From positions 1,116,001-1,180,000 of the forward strand of contig JANHCV010000012.1 of assembly GCA_025594325.1 (NCBI GenBank): 64,000 bases of DNA. The letters are read 5' to 3'. This DNA is from Blastocladiella emersonii ATCC 22665. Lineage: Eukaryota > Fungi > Blastocladiomycota. Shown here piece by piece: positions 12,392 to 23,654 of the stretch. The translations under genes and the position numbers were made by a program. The notes below the pieces were generated by a model. The model saw nothing but the letters and a program-made list of their open reading frames with translations. It made no database searches and had not been told where the DNA came from. Each line of letters opens with the position of its first letter. The stretch's first letter is position 1.

Positions 12392-13540
12392 ATGCAACCT
12401 TACTATTACCTGCCCGAGTCTGAGGCCACGGCGTACTTGGTCCTCACCATCGCGGGCTCCCTGACATGCCTCTTCTGCCTCAGCGTCAGCGTGGTTGAGC
12501 TCGTCGGCCAGTTCCGAAAAGCGGACCGCTCGCACTTCAAGATTCGCTCGTGCACGGACTATGACTACATTCCGGCCATTCTATGCATCAGCTCGCTCGC
12601 CGTCGCAGCAGTGTTTGCGTGCTGCATCCACGCCGTCGCGCAGCCCGTCTACCCGGTGATTACCGAGTTCTATCCGTGGCACTCGACCGTCATCGCGGTC
12701 GAGGGCAGTCTGCTTGCGTCGTTGAACATGCTCATTATGCTGCGCCGCGTCAAGTCCGTGTGCATCAAGAAGACTTGGCTCGTGACCATCATGACGCCCG
12801 TCACGGTCGCCCTCGCGATGGCCATCTTCCCCGTCAACCTCACGGTCGGCCTGCTGACCGCCGAGGACGTGGTGCGCACCAACAGCCGCTGGGAGCACTA
12901 CCCGGTCAAACCGATCCTTCTCTGGCTCAACGGCATCACGGCGGCGTGGTGCATCGGATGCACTCTCTACGCGTACCGAATCGCATTCGTCGAAGCTGGC
13001 GACTCGGGACCTTCCACACCGCTGACGACGCGTATCACGACGCTGCTTCGGGGGCAGCCACCCGTACTCACGACCACCGCTTCCGCGCTGCCTGTCGCCT
13101 TCTCTTCGTCCTCGTCCACCCCATCACAGCCGCCGCAAAGCCCCATTGACGGAGCTACCGCGCGCAACCGTCCGCCGAGCCGCCAAAAGCTTCTCGGATC
13201 GATCCGCAACACGTACTGGATGCTGACGGTCGTGTACTCGGCCGGGTGGATCGTGATGATCGGGTTTCTCGGTGCTGCCGAGACGTTCATGACGAACGGG
13301 CTTCGGAACGTCCTGGTCGCGCTCTCGACGTGCGGAGGGATCCTGCTCGAGGCCCAGTTTCGGCGCATCGTGCGGTCCCGTGTCTCGCATGGCCGGCGCG
13401 TTGGGAAGCGGCTCAACATGCACTTTGAAGACACGGTCGACATTGTTACGGCGGTTCCGTCGGAGCTGCCCAACTTCGCTGATGACGCGGCCATGACGGG
13501 GGCTTCGACCAAAGAGTTTGACAGGAAGCAGAGTCTTTAA
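12392..13540 (+). CDS. Orphan 7TM GPCR-like protein, family D copy D1
   Basis: Starting at MQPYYYLPE there are seven hydrophobic segments, with a long Ser/Pro/Thr-rich loop between TM5 and TM6 and ILLEAQFRRIVRS after TM7. Paralogous to the next two genes. Confidence 0.75.
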   Translation: MQPYYYLPESEATAYLVLTIAGSLTCLFCLSVSVVELVGQFRKADRSHFKIRSCTDYDYIPAILCISSLAVAAVFACCIHAVAQPVYPVITEFYPWHSTVIAVEGSLLASLNMLIMLRRVKSVCIKKTWLVTIMTPVTVALAMAIFPVNLTVGLLTAEDVVRTNSRWEHYPVKPILLWLNGITAAWCIGCTLYAYRIAFVEAGDSGPSTPLTTRITTLLRGQPPVLTTTASALPVAFSSSSSTPSQPPQSPIDGATARNRPPSRQKLLGSIRNTYWMLTVVYSAGWIVMIGFLGAAETFMTNGLRNVLVALSTCGGILLEAQFRRIVRSRVSHGRRVGKRLNMHFEDTVDIVTAVPSELPNFADDAAMTGASTKEFDRKQSL

Positions 13541-13711
13541 TACACCCTGGCTTTCTGCTTCTAAAGTAAATGTGTCTCGAACTTCAGCCGCGTCGAGAAA
13601 ACACGTGAAGAGTGCGAGACGCGTTTCGAAAACCGGGATCCCGGCGAGCGATGCCTGAGGAGCTCGATTCGCTTGACCTCTAAATCCAACGACAGAGCCC
13701 AATGAATCCAA

Positions 13712-14777
13712 ATGAAAGAGTACCGACTACCTGAAGCAGAGGTTCCGTTCTTCTACGCGATCCTCGCGGTGGGTTCGGCCACCTGCTTGCTCTGCATCGC
13801 CGTGAGCGGGGCCGAGATCGTCGTCCACGTTCGCAAGCACTCGGATCGCGGCGGGCCATGGGGCAAGAACTTTGACTATGCGCCGTTCCTGCTGCTGGTC
13901 AGCTCGCTCGCGGCCACGTCGCTGTACCTGCTCAACTTCTACGCCGTGTCGCGGCCCGAGTTCCCCGTCATCTCCTACTTCCCTGCGTACTCTACGTTGA
14001 CGACGATCGAGTCGGCGACGCTCGCGTGCTCGGGCACCCTGGTCATGCTGCGCCGCGTCAAGACGGTTTGCATCAAGCGGACGCGGTTTCTCTCCGCCGT
14101 GACGCCCGTCACCGTGGCCATGGCCTCGGCCATGTTCGTCATCAACTCGGCCGCCACGTTCGTGCACTGCGAGAAGTACGCCCGCTCGGGCGGCGACTGG
14201 GGCCGGTACCAGTTCCCGAAGATACTGTTGTACTTGAACATGCAGCGTCTACGCGTTCCGCTCGGCCTTTTCGGAAATCTCCGTGGCGCCAAAGTCGTCG
14301 GCTGCAGCTTCCGCCGGCGCGCTCGTCGCCCCGCCGTCGGCCACCAGCGGCACGCAGTCGGGTTCGGCCCTGTCCGGCACGCTCTCGTCCGGTTCCTCAC
14401 CGACGCTCGCCGCCGCCACCGAGAAAGACGACCAGCGAGGCCGGGCGCAACAACAGCACCGGCGGCAGCACCTCATGGCGTCGATTCGCGCCACGTATCC
14501 GATCCTGACGTGCGTGTACGTGGCCGGGTGGGCATTTACGTTCGTCTTCTACGGGTTCGCGGGCGCGCAAATCACGATTGTGCCGCGTGTCAGCATCACT
14601 GCCATCATGATCTGTGCCGGCGTGCTCCTCGAGGCCCAGTTCCGGCGCATCGTCCGCACGCAGATCTCGCGCGGGCGGCGGGCTGGGAAGCGCACGGTGC
14701 ATCACTTCGAAGAAACGGTCGGCGGCGCTGTGACGATGGCGGCGCAGTCGCGCGTCGACGAGAAGAGTGTGCCGTAG
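13712..14777 (+). pseudogene. Orphan 7TM family D copy D2, frameshifting deletion in TM5
   Basis: The frame 13712 product aligns with D1 up to KILLYLN. Homology resumes in another frame (CSVYAFRSAF vs D1 CTLYAYRIAF) near 14240, with about 9 codons missing; the C-terminus is ORF 14283-14777. Confidence 0.75.
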
Positions 14778-15075
14778 GCCGTCGAGCCTCTCGACGAGGT
14801 CTCCGAACCTCGGTCCTAGTGTACTCGCAACATGAGGAGCGTTGGTCGGTTGAAAGTCGCGCGATGAGTCGCGAAGAATACATTTGCACTCGTGTGGAGC
14901 TGACAAACCGCATAGGATGGACGGACGTGGACTCAAACGAGCGTCTTCCTGAAGCTGCTTACAAAATCTACGCAAAACGCGTCGAGAAATCACGTGGAAA
15001 GTGCGAGACAACCTTGAAATGCTCAGACCAGACCCCGCGATACCTGTCCACGGCCAGCAGTTTCAATGAACGCAG

Positions 15076-15900
15076 ATGCAAGGCTACCGGATACCCGATG
15101 CAGAAATCCCGCTGTTCTACGCCCTGCTCGGAATCGGGTCGGCGATCTGCCTGGCGTGCATCGCCGTGAGCGGGGCCGAAGTCGCGACCCATCTCCGGAA
15201 GCAGCTCGGCCACGGTGATCACCGGAACCATTCCGAGGAGTGGAGAACACGCAAGCGATGCAGCAACTTTGACTTCGCGCCATTCGCGATGCTAGCGAGC
15301 TCTGTCGCGGCGAGCTCACTGTACGTGTTGAACCTCAACTCGGTCTCCCGGCCCGAGTTCCCGTACCTCTCCTACTTCCCCGTGTACACGACCTTGACGA
15401 TCATCTATTCCGCGATCCTCGCGTGCTCGAGCACTCTGATCATGATGCGCCGTGTGAAATCCGTGTGCCTGAAGCGGACGCGGTTCCTGTCCGCGGTCAC
15501 GCCCGTCACGGTGGCCATCGCCGCGACCATGTTCCCAGTCAACTGCGTGGTCGCGTCCCTGCAGTGCGAGGAGCTGGCGCGGACCGGTTTGGACTGGGCG
15601 CGGTACGTGTACGTCTCCGGCTGGGCGGCGACGCTCGCCTTCTCCAGAGTCGCCGGCGCGTACATCACGATCGCGCCGCGCGCGTGCATCATTGCGATCC
15701 TGATCTGCAGCGGGATCCTGCTCGAGGCGCAATTCCGGCGGATTGTGCGGTCGCAGGTGACCCGCGGGCGGCGGGCCGGGGAGCGCGCGGTGCATCATTT
15801 CGAGGATACGGTTGGCGCAGCGGTGACGATGGCACAGACGTGGCTCGTGGAAGATAGAGGCGCGACAATGGAGTTCGACGAGGCTGAGTCTTCTAGTTGA
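15076..15900 (+). CDS. Orphan 7TM family D copy D3 with an in-frame internal deletion (TM5, ICL3 and part of TM6 lost)
   Basis: DWARY|VYVSGW junction at 15606/15607 fuses the sequence preceding TM5 to mid-TM6 of D2. The ORF stays open. Confidence 0.7.
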   Translation: MQGYRIPDAEIPLFYALLGIGSAICLACIAVSGAEVATHLRKQLGHGDHRNHSEEWRTRKRCSNFDFAPFAMLASSVAASSLYVLNLNSVSRPEFPYLSYFPVYTTLTIIYSAILACSSTLIMMRRVKSVCLKRTRFLSAVTPVTVAIAATMFPVNCVVASLQCEELARTGLDWARYVYVSGWAATLAFSRVAGAYITIAPRACIIAILICSGILLEAQFRRIVRSQVTRGRRAGERAVHHFEDTVGAAVTMAQTWLVEDRGATMEFDEAESSS

Positions 15901-16271
15901 GTTATTTGAACGCGTCTGTACATCCAATCATCTCAACCGGGTGTAGCGGGACGGTCGGACAAGGAGACCTCGGGTGATGATGACCCACTGACGTGCGCCG
16001 CGAGCGACGACTCCCTCGGGTCTCGTTCGCGCCCACGATGGCCAACCTGTGTGCGGCCCTGGTGGAGCCCAGATTGCACTTCGTCCCGACGTCCTCAAAG
16101 TCGCGCGGCAGGTCGCGTTGCGCCCGCGCGCGATGTGGCGCCTGATGTGGCGCGCCGCCTCAAAGGACTCGTTGGCGCCGATGAGCAACCCTCGCTCCCC
16201 GACGACGCATGTAACTTGACAACGAGACTCTTAACACACTATCTACTTGCTGCAACGAACCGAAAACCACC

Positions 16272-18722
16272 ATGTCTACCACCGACCCACGTCTGGCGGC
16301 CGACCTCGCGCGGCTGCTCGACATGTTCCCCGACGCGGGTGCGCGGCCTACTTACTGTTCACCGTCTGTGCACCCACCCTGACGCCCAACCAATCAGACG
16401 AGGCGTACCTCGCGCAGTGTCTAGCGCACTACGACGCAGACGCCGAGTCGACGCGCGTCGGCCGCGTCGCGCACAAGATCGTCGAGCTGAACCACGGGTA
16501 CTACCCGCGCGTCGTGCGCACGCAGCACGACATCGCCACAGCCGCGGGCGCCTCTTCCTCCTCGAGCGCAGTGAAGCCACCAACCAACGCGACGCTCTCG
16601 TGGCGCCGCACGACGAAATTGGGCGCGACGGTGACGACGCCACCGCCGTCGGCCGCGGCCATGTCAACCGCCTCGAAGAACATGTACCTGACGGTGCTCG
16701 CGGAGCTGTTCCCCGCCGTCGACGCGGGGTACCTGCGCGAGAAGATTGAGGCGAACCCCGCCAACACGGTCGTGTGCGTCGCGAAGGCGCTGCTGCGGTC
16801 CGGCGCGTCCCGGCCGCCGCGGCGGAAGACGTGGGGGCAGTTGACGGCGGGGGATATGTTTCGCAGTCCTGAGGTACGCTTTTCACTACTGGTGGACCTG
16901 CCGGGCGTAACTCTGACCTCGCCGTTACCTCAAGTAGTATGTCCAGGGCGCGCGGTGTCGGCTGTACAACTCGTTCCCGCACCTGTGGAAGTCGTCCATC
17001 AAGGCGTACCTCGGTCCGTTACCCCTGTCGCCTCGCACCCGCCACCTCGCCCCTAACCATCCTTGCGTGTAGCCGAGAACCAGTTCGACTTCGTCGCGAC
17101 GTACCTCCACCTCCAAACCCTCCCCGCAACCTCCAACTTCTTCTTCGACCTGTTCAAGCGCGGCGAAGCCGCCGACCCGGCCATGTACGACCACGACCTA
17201 CTGCGGGACCTGGACCGTCTCGACTCCCTGGTCCACGCCGCGCAGGTGGACTCGGACCGCGCGCTCGCGCAATCCCTGAACCGCGCCGAGTACGCGGCCG
17301 AGGGCCAGGCCGTCGAGTGCGGGTGCTGCTACGCCGACGACGTGGCGTGGGAGGACGTGGCTGCGTGTGCGGCCGGCCACCTCGTGTGCCGCGCGTGCCT
17401 CGCGCGCGTCGCTAACGACGTGGTGTTTGGCGAGGCCGCGGCTGCGTACCTTGACCCGGTTGGGGGAAGCGGGATCCGGTGTTTCCACGCCGACGGCGGG
17501 TGCGAGGCTGGGTACCCCGACGACGCGGTGCGGGCTGCGCTCGAGGAACCAGCGGCGCGGGACGGTGATCCCAAAGCAACGACCCCGCGCCACGCGACGC
17601 CGTACGCGCTATACACGCACCTGGTCGCGCGGACCGCTGCGGCGCACGCGGGGTTCGAAGTCCACGCGTGCCCGTTCTGCGGGTCATTCGAGGTAGCTGA
17701 CCCGCCGCCGCCCGCCACGTCCGTCGCGGGCGCCGCGGTCCGGCTCGGCGCGCTCGTTGACTGGCCGCGGCTCGCGGCCTTGGCGCGCGACGCGTTCCGC
17801 CTTCTCGCGCACGCCGCGCACCGGCTCAACCCGTTCTCGCTCGCGGTGCCGGGGCTCGACCACGACGACGGGCGGGGGCCCGACGGCGACCGGTTTCCGC
17901 TGCTCATGCGGCTCGTGGTCGCGGTGCTCGGCGCGCAGGTCGTTGCGGCGTGGGTCGGCGCGGGCGAGGGGGTGGTCGCGGGCGTGTTGGGCGCCGCCGT
18001 GTACTGGCTCGCGGTCATGGGGCTCGATTTCGCGTACGTGCCGGAGTACATGCGGCGGGGGCCCGAGCACCATTCGGGGGCAACGGACGCGGCGGCGGGG
18101 CCGTTGGCGGTCATCGAGGAGCTGCCGAGCCGCGTCGCGGTGCGGCGGTGCCGGTCCCCCGCGTGCGGGCGGTCCGTGTGCCTCGAGTGCCGCGCCGAGT
18201 ACCTCCCGCTGCACCGGTGCCACGAGGCCGCCGACGAGTCGCTCCCGCAGGCCGTCGAGCACGCCATGTCGCAGGCGGTCAAGCGCGTGGTACGGCTTGT
18301 GCGGTTTCGATAGTGGTGTGAAGCTGACTCTTGACCGAGTGTAGTGCCCCGCGTGCTTCCTGCCCTTCACCAAGTCGGACGGATGCAACCTCATGACGTG
18401 CACGCGGTGCAAGTACGTCATGTGCTACGTGTGCCGGCGCGGGATCGGCAAGGAGAAGTACAGTACGTAGCCGCCCCCGCTCTCCCTCCCCTCATCCTGC
18501 CCACTCACCCCCGACGCGTCCCGTCGTAGAACACTTCTGCGGCCACTTCCGCCTAGTCCCGGGCCCGTGCACCGAGTGCACGGCGTGCGAGCTGTACGCG
18601 GCCGAGGACGAGCGCGCGGTACGCCGTGCCGCGGGCACCCGCGCGCGCGACGAGTGGCTCCGCGGACACCCGGGGACGCGCGTCCCCCGCGCCGAGCTCC
18701 GGCAGGTCCAGGATCTCATTGA
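16272..18722 (+). CDS. RBR (RING-IBR-RING) E3 ubiquitin ligase, RNF216/TRIAD3-like, with N-terminal CUE-like repeats
   Basis: Exons 16272-16338, 16398-16873, 16938-17013, 17073-18289, 18345-18462 and 18530-18722, all GT-AG and in frame. RING1 CGCCY...GHLVCRAC; IBR CPFC...CRSPACGRSVCLEC...HRC; RING2 CPAC...KSDGCNLMTCTRCKYVMCYVC; C-terminal HFCGHF...CTECTAC. Confidence 0.85.
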
Positions 18723-18791
18723 CCGCGCTTGATAAGAAACGTCTATGTGTATATAATGAACACCATACCCACCCACCCGCTGTACACTCGC

Positions 18792-21454
18792 TCACCGCTG
18801 CGCGGCGGCGGCGTGGCGGTTCAGCATCGACCGGCGCCGCGCGAGCGGGGCCACGAGCCTCGCGAGCTCGTCGTTGCCGCACGCGAGGTCGAGGAACGGA
18901 TGGCTCGTGAGCTCGGCCGCCGACGCGCGCGCGTCCGGGTCGACGATCAGGCACCGCGCGAACATAAAGTCGATGAGCGCGGGACACCCGTCGACGCGGT
19001 CGGGGAACTGGAGCTTGGGCGTGCCGTTCGTCGCGATCAGGTACAGCGCCTTGAGCGGCTCCTCGTCGAGGTACGGCGGCGAGCCCTCGACGCACTCGTA
19101 GACCAGGATCCCGAGCGACCAGATGTCGAGCGACTGCGTGTACGTCTGCTGCTTGACGACCTCGGGCGCCATCCAGTACGGCGTACCCACGAGAGTCGCG
19201 CGCCGCGCCGATGCGTCCGGGACCCGCGCCGCGTACCCGAAGTCCGTCAGCTTGACGTGCCCGCGCGCGTCGAGCAGCACGTTCTCGGACTTGATATCGC
19301 GGTGCAGGATCCCGCGCGCGTGGAGGTACGCGAGGGCGCGGGTGACGGCGGCCGTGACGGCGGCGATGACGGGCGGCGCGAGCCCGACGTTCCCGCCGCG
19401 CATCTCCAACAACTCGGCGAGAGCGCCGCCCTCCATGAGCTCCATGACGACCCACAGCTCGACGCCGCCGACGAGCAGCGCGTCGCGGTAGTTGACGAGG
19501 TTCGGGTGCGCGACGGACTGGAGGACGACGAGCTCGTTGACGACCTGGTCGGCCCGCGGCTGGCTCGGCAGGTGCATCCGCTTCACCGCGACCCACGCGC
19601 CCGTCGGCCGGTGCCGCGCGCGGTACACGGTCGCCGACGCGCCGTGCCCGATCTTCTTCATCGCCGCGTAGTTGGCGGGCACGTCGACGCGGGAGACGAC
19701 ACGCTGGAGTTGCGCGACCAAGTGCGGCGGCAGGGTGCGCGACGTGGAGCGCCGGCGAGAGAGTTTCGGGATCCCGTTCGGCAGAGCGAGGCCGCCCGGC
19801 GGGATCTCGACAACAGGCAGTTCCGGCGCGGGTGCCGGCTCGGCGGCGGACTTGGCCTGCTCGGCCTCCCGCTCGCGGTCGAGCCGCTGCTGCTCCTTGT
19901 ACTGCTGGTACGTCGGCGTAGTGGGCCGCTGGACGGGCGTCGGCGGACGCTGCACCGGCGCCGCTGGCGCGGACGGGACCGGCGGCAGTTCGGCCGTGGG
20001 CGGCGGCGGGCTGGGCGACGGCATCATGGGCGACGGCGGGCGGAACATGGCGCGGCGCGGGGACATGGGCGGCGAGCCCGGTCCACCCGATGATGTCGTG
20101 GTGCGCGACATCTCGGAGCCCCGAGAAGCCACCATCGAGGGCGGCCGCGTAGACATGGCGATACTCGACCGCATGCGGCGCGGCGGGGGCGGCGGGAGCT
20201 CCGAGTCGGGTGTGGTCGGGACGGGCGGGAGCGGGGCCATGGGCGGCGGCGGCGGCGGGAGCGCGTCGAGGTGTCGCGGCAGCGACGTGTACGGGTGGAA
20301 CGGCGGCGAGGTGGCGACGCCACCGCTGCCGCCGCCAAAGTTCGGTGGCGGTCCGCCCGATGCCATGAGCGTCGACGGGCGCGCGCGGCGCGGCGGCGGC
20401 GGCGAGTCCATGACGCCCGAGTCGGCGCGCGAGTGGATGGAGGGGGAGGGGAGGGAGGGGACGGGCGGGACGCGCGACGGCGAGGCGGACGAGGACGGCG
20501 ACCGGTGCAGGCCCGGGACCCACGCGACTTCCTCGACGTACGACGGCGAGCGGTGGTGCATGCTGCTGCGCGAGCGGCGCGGCGGGTCGGCCGAGCGCGC
20601 GCGGAGCTGCTGCTGCTGCTGGGACCCGGCAACGCTCGCGGCGGCGCCCCGCGGCGGTGCGCGCATCTCGCCGGTGCCGTCGGTCGTGACGCTGTCGCGG
20701 CCCGCGGTGCCGGAGGTGCTGTGGGTGCGGTACGACTCGATGTCGATGGCGCTCTCGTCATACTCGTCGGCCTCGTCGTCGTAGACGGGCCGGCCGCCGC
20801 CGAGCGCGACGCGGTCGCCGCGCTGCACGTGGGCGTAGAACTCGAGCACGTCCAGCACGGCCTGCGGGTTCTTGATCATGTCCTCGCGCGAGATGGCCGA
20901 GCCCTGCAGCAGCGACTTCCACTCGTCGGGGAGGCCCTACATGTACACGGTGGCGTGAGCGGGTGAGGCGGACACCGCAGCGCAACGGAAGAACGCACCA
21001 GCAGCATGCCCGACTCGGGGTCGACGTTGACGTGGGTGTGGTGCTGAAAGTTGGTGGGCCAGGCGGCGGCGACGTTGAGGCCGGGGCACCGGACGTAGAC
21101 GTCGTCCATCCACGCGTACAGGTCGGCGTCGGACTTGAAGGCGAGCTTGACGGCGCGGTGCTTCCCCGACGTCCCGTACGACACCTCGAAGGCGTGCGGG
21201 CGCGACGACGAGGCCGCCGTCTCGATGCGCGCGACGCCGCGCACCTTGGCGAGCGGGATCTGCAGCACGGCCGACGAGCTGAACTCGGTCCGGTGCAGCG
21301 TCAGCGACGCCTGCCGCAGAACGACCCACCGCTTCGACCACGAAAAGTGCAGCAGACCGTCCTCTTTCGTCGCCAGGTAGCCCGCGCGGACGACGGGCTG
21401 CAGGTGCGGCGGCATCTCGTAGGGTTGCGGGTGCTTGTTGGAGGATGGTGGCAT
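18792..21454 (-). CDS. CLA4: p21-activated kinase, PH-CRIB-kinase (Cla4/Skm1 type); exons 21454-20999, 20936-18792
   Basis: PH domain (GYLATKEDG...WSKRWVVL), CRIB (PTNFQHHTHV...GLPDEWKSLL, spliced across intron 20937-20998) and a STE20 kinase domain (HRDIKSENVLL, DFGYAA, GTPYWMAPE). Confidence 0.93.
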
Positions 21455-22768
21455 CGTGGGCGATCAACGCCGCGCTGGCGTGCGATGGTCGTCGTTCGGC
21501 CGTCGCAGTGAGGCTCAGCAGCACGGGGAGAGAGAGAGCAAGCCCACGAGGGAGAGGACCCAGACCCAGGCCGCCAATTTCACGAGGGTGGCGGCGAGGT
21601 GAGGCGTTGCGGGCGGGCGAGTGGCGTAGCTCGGGCTCGCCGAGAGGAAGACCCAAGGTTGGCGACGGTCGGACGGTGACGGCAGCCGAGTGTGGCACAG
21701 CCGCGAGACGCTCAGTACAGGTGGCCCACGTTGGCCACGATAAGCGGCAGCAAACGTTTGTTCTGCGAGATCTGCACGATCGGAACTCGGACAGCGAGGC
21801 GACCACGGCGATGGCAGGTCGATGCGGCAAGTTGCGGATGAGCTTGAATTCGGTGCGGATGGAGGAAGGAGAGAGGGAGATCCCTTCCAGCAGCACACGC
21901 CACACGGGAGTTGCGAAACGGCCGCGGCCAATCGAATCTGAAACGTGCGGATCACATGCTTTTGATTGGAAGCGTGATATGACCGACGCGTCTCCGTCGC
22001 GGTCGAGACGACACACGCGAAGATGAACACCACTCACGCGCGAGAAGTAAGACGTAGATGCATGTCGGGCGAAAAAAAAAATCGTTACGCAGCAAGCGCC
22101 AATCGAGGCCCGCATCCGGCCTCGCATAAGGCTCGGGCGGGCTCGCGTGGGCTCGCCATGGTCTGTCGCAGGACCGCCGCGGGCCTATCCAAAGACATGA
22201 AGACGAAGCGCGGCGCTGCTTCCGGCGGCGACTTGTGGTGACGCGGGCAGCCGACACGCCGACCCGCATTCATCGCATAAAATGCGTAAATGAACTCCTT
22301 GACAATGCGTCCTCGGTTACCAACTTTACCTCAAAGCTAAGCAGCCTGGAGCTCGGTTGTTGCGTGGTCGCTCATTGGCTCGTTGGCGACAACAAGTACG
22401 TCTCGGGCGCGTATGTGTGTGCGCGCGCTATAAGCTGGGCCGAATCTGAGGCGATTGCAATCGCAAGCGTAGCTCCGTATGCCAACCTTGCCGAGTGAGG
22501 CCTTTTCGCCCAGTAAATTACGCGTTAACGAGATTGCGTGGGTGCAAGCTGCCACTTGGTCGCAAGTCGCTGGTACGATGGGTTCATCGCTCGCTTGTGC
22601 GCTCCCCATGTCCGGCATCTTCCTCGCTCGCGGGACGCACACGCGCAGTGGTACATCGCGCCAAATCAACTGTATCCGTCCCTTTAATTCATGTGCGGAG
22701 GAGGCATATTGGGGCAATGGTAGAAGGGTCCACGGCCATCACCAAACCGTGCCCCAGCCATTTGAAGT

Positions 22769-23021
22769 GGATCCATCTTGGATGCAGCCGTGGATTGGAT
22801 GGACCTTGGGGGGATGTGGATCGCGATATTACTTTTCTGGATCAAGCTTGGATCCAGCTTGGGCGAGCTCGATTAACCCGCAAACTGTGTGGACCTCCTT
22901 AGTGGATCCAGATGTTCGTCAAGCTGGATCTCGAGCCTGATCGAGCAGCGAATCCTCTTTGCCTCAGCGTGGATCACGCTAGGGATCAAGGTGTCGCTCA
23001 CGGCTCAATATATCCGGATCC
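22769..23021. repeat. Dense cluster of GGATC(C) motifs
   Basis: GGATC at 22769, 22818, 22839, 22850, 22904, 22926, 22971, 22983 and 23016 (nine in about 250 bp), plus related TGGAT/TGGAC words, in non-coding DNA. Confidence 0.6.
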
Positions 23022-23654
23022 AGATTGCGGTCCATCCATGATTTAAGGGCTCAAACCACACAATTTATCCGCGAATCGAGAGCGACACGGTTAGACAGCT
23101 GGTGGGGACAAGGATGAGGGAGGAAACCCGGTGGCGGTGATCCTCGCGGCCAGATTGATGACAAGCAAGTGGGATGCTGCCGCATCTTGCCCTACGATGC
23201 GGAGGAGATATCGTGAGTGCAAAGTCGGTCGGCAGTGAGGGCAACGAACACGTACCGTGACGCCTCAAGTGCACCTCGGACCCGTCGAGGCGGCCTCGGT
23301 GGCAGAGGAGCGGGACGCCGGCCAGCTTACGCGGCGATGGACGCTGCCACCGCACCCGGCATAACCTCTCTCGCGGCCGGACGTGCACCTCGGCGGATAA
23401 AAATACCTGCGGCCACGCTCGGACGTGTAAATTGGTTGATGTACATACATTCCGGCCTCAGCTCGGTGATGTGCAATGCGTGGAGTGTGCGCCGTGCACC
23501 GTAGCAACGCACCGCACAAGGTCGGCTCACTGTTCCGCAAGCTTTTGAGCAAGAGCGCACGAGTCGGCCCACCCACGCACCGCTAAAAGCGGGCGCCCGG
23601 CAGTCCCTTTCCTCCTCTCTCCCCACTCACCCATAAGCAACGGAATCGAATGAA

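Noticed and set aside
18553-20784. Long overlapping ORFs (18553-20523, 18729-20093, 19672-20784) suggesting overlapping genes
   Set aside because: They are shifted-frame or antisense shadows of the GC3-rich PAK coding sequence, with Arg/Ala/Gly-rich composition and no motifs.
23460-23510. VMCNAWSVRR resembling a GATA zinc-finger half
   Set aside because: Only one Cys pair fragment, followed by a stop; no first CxxC.
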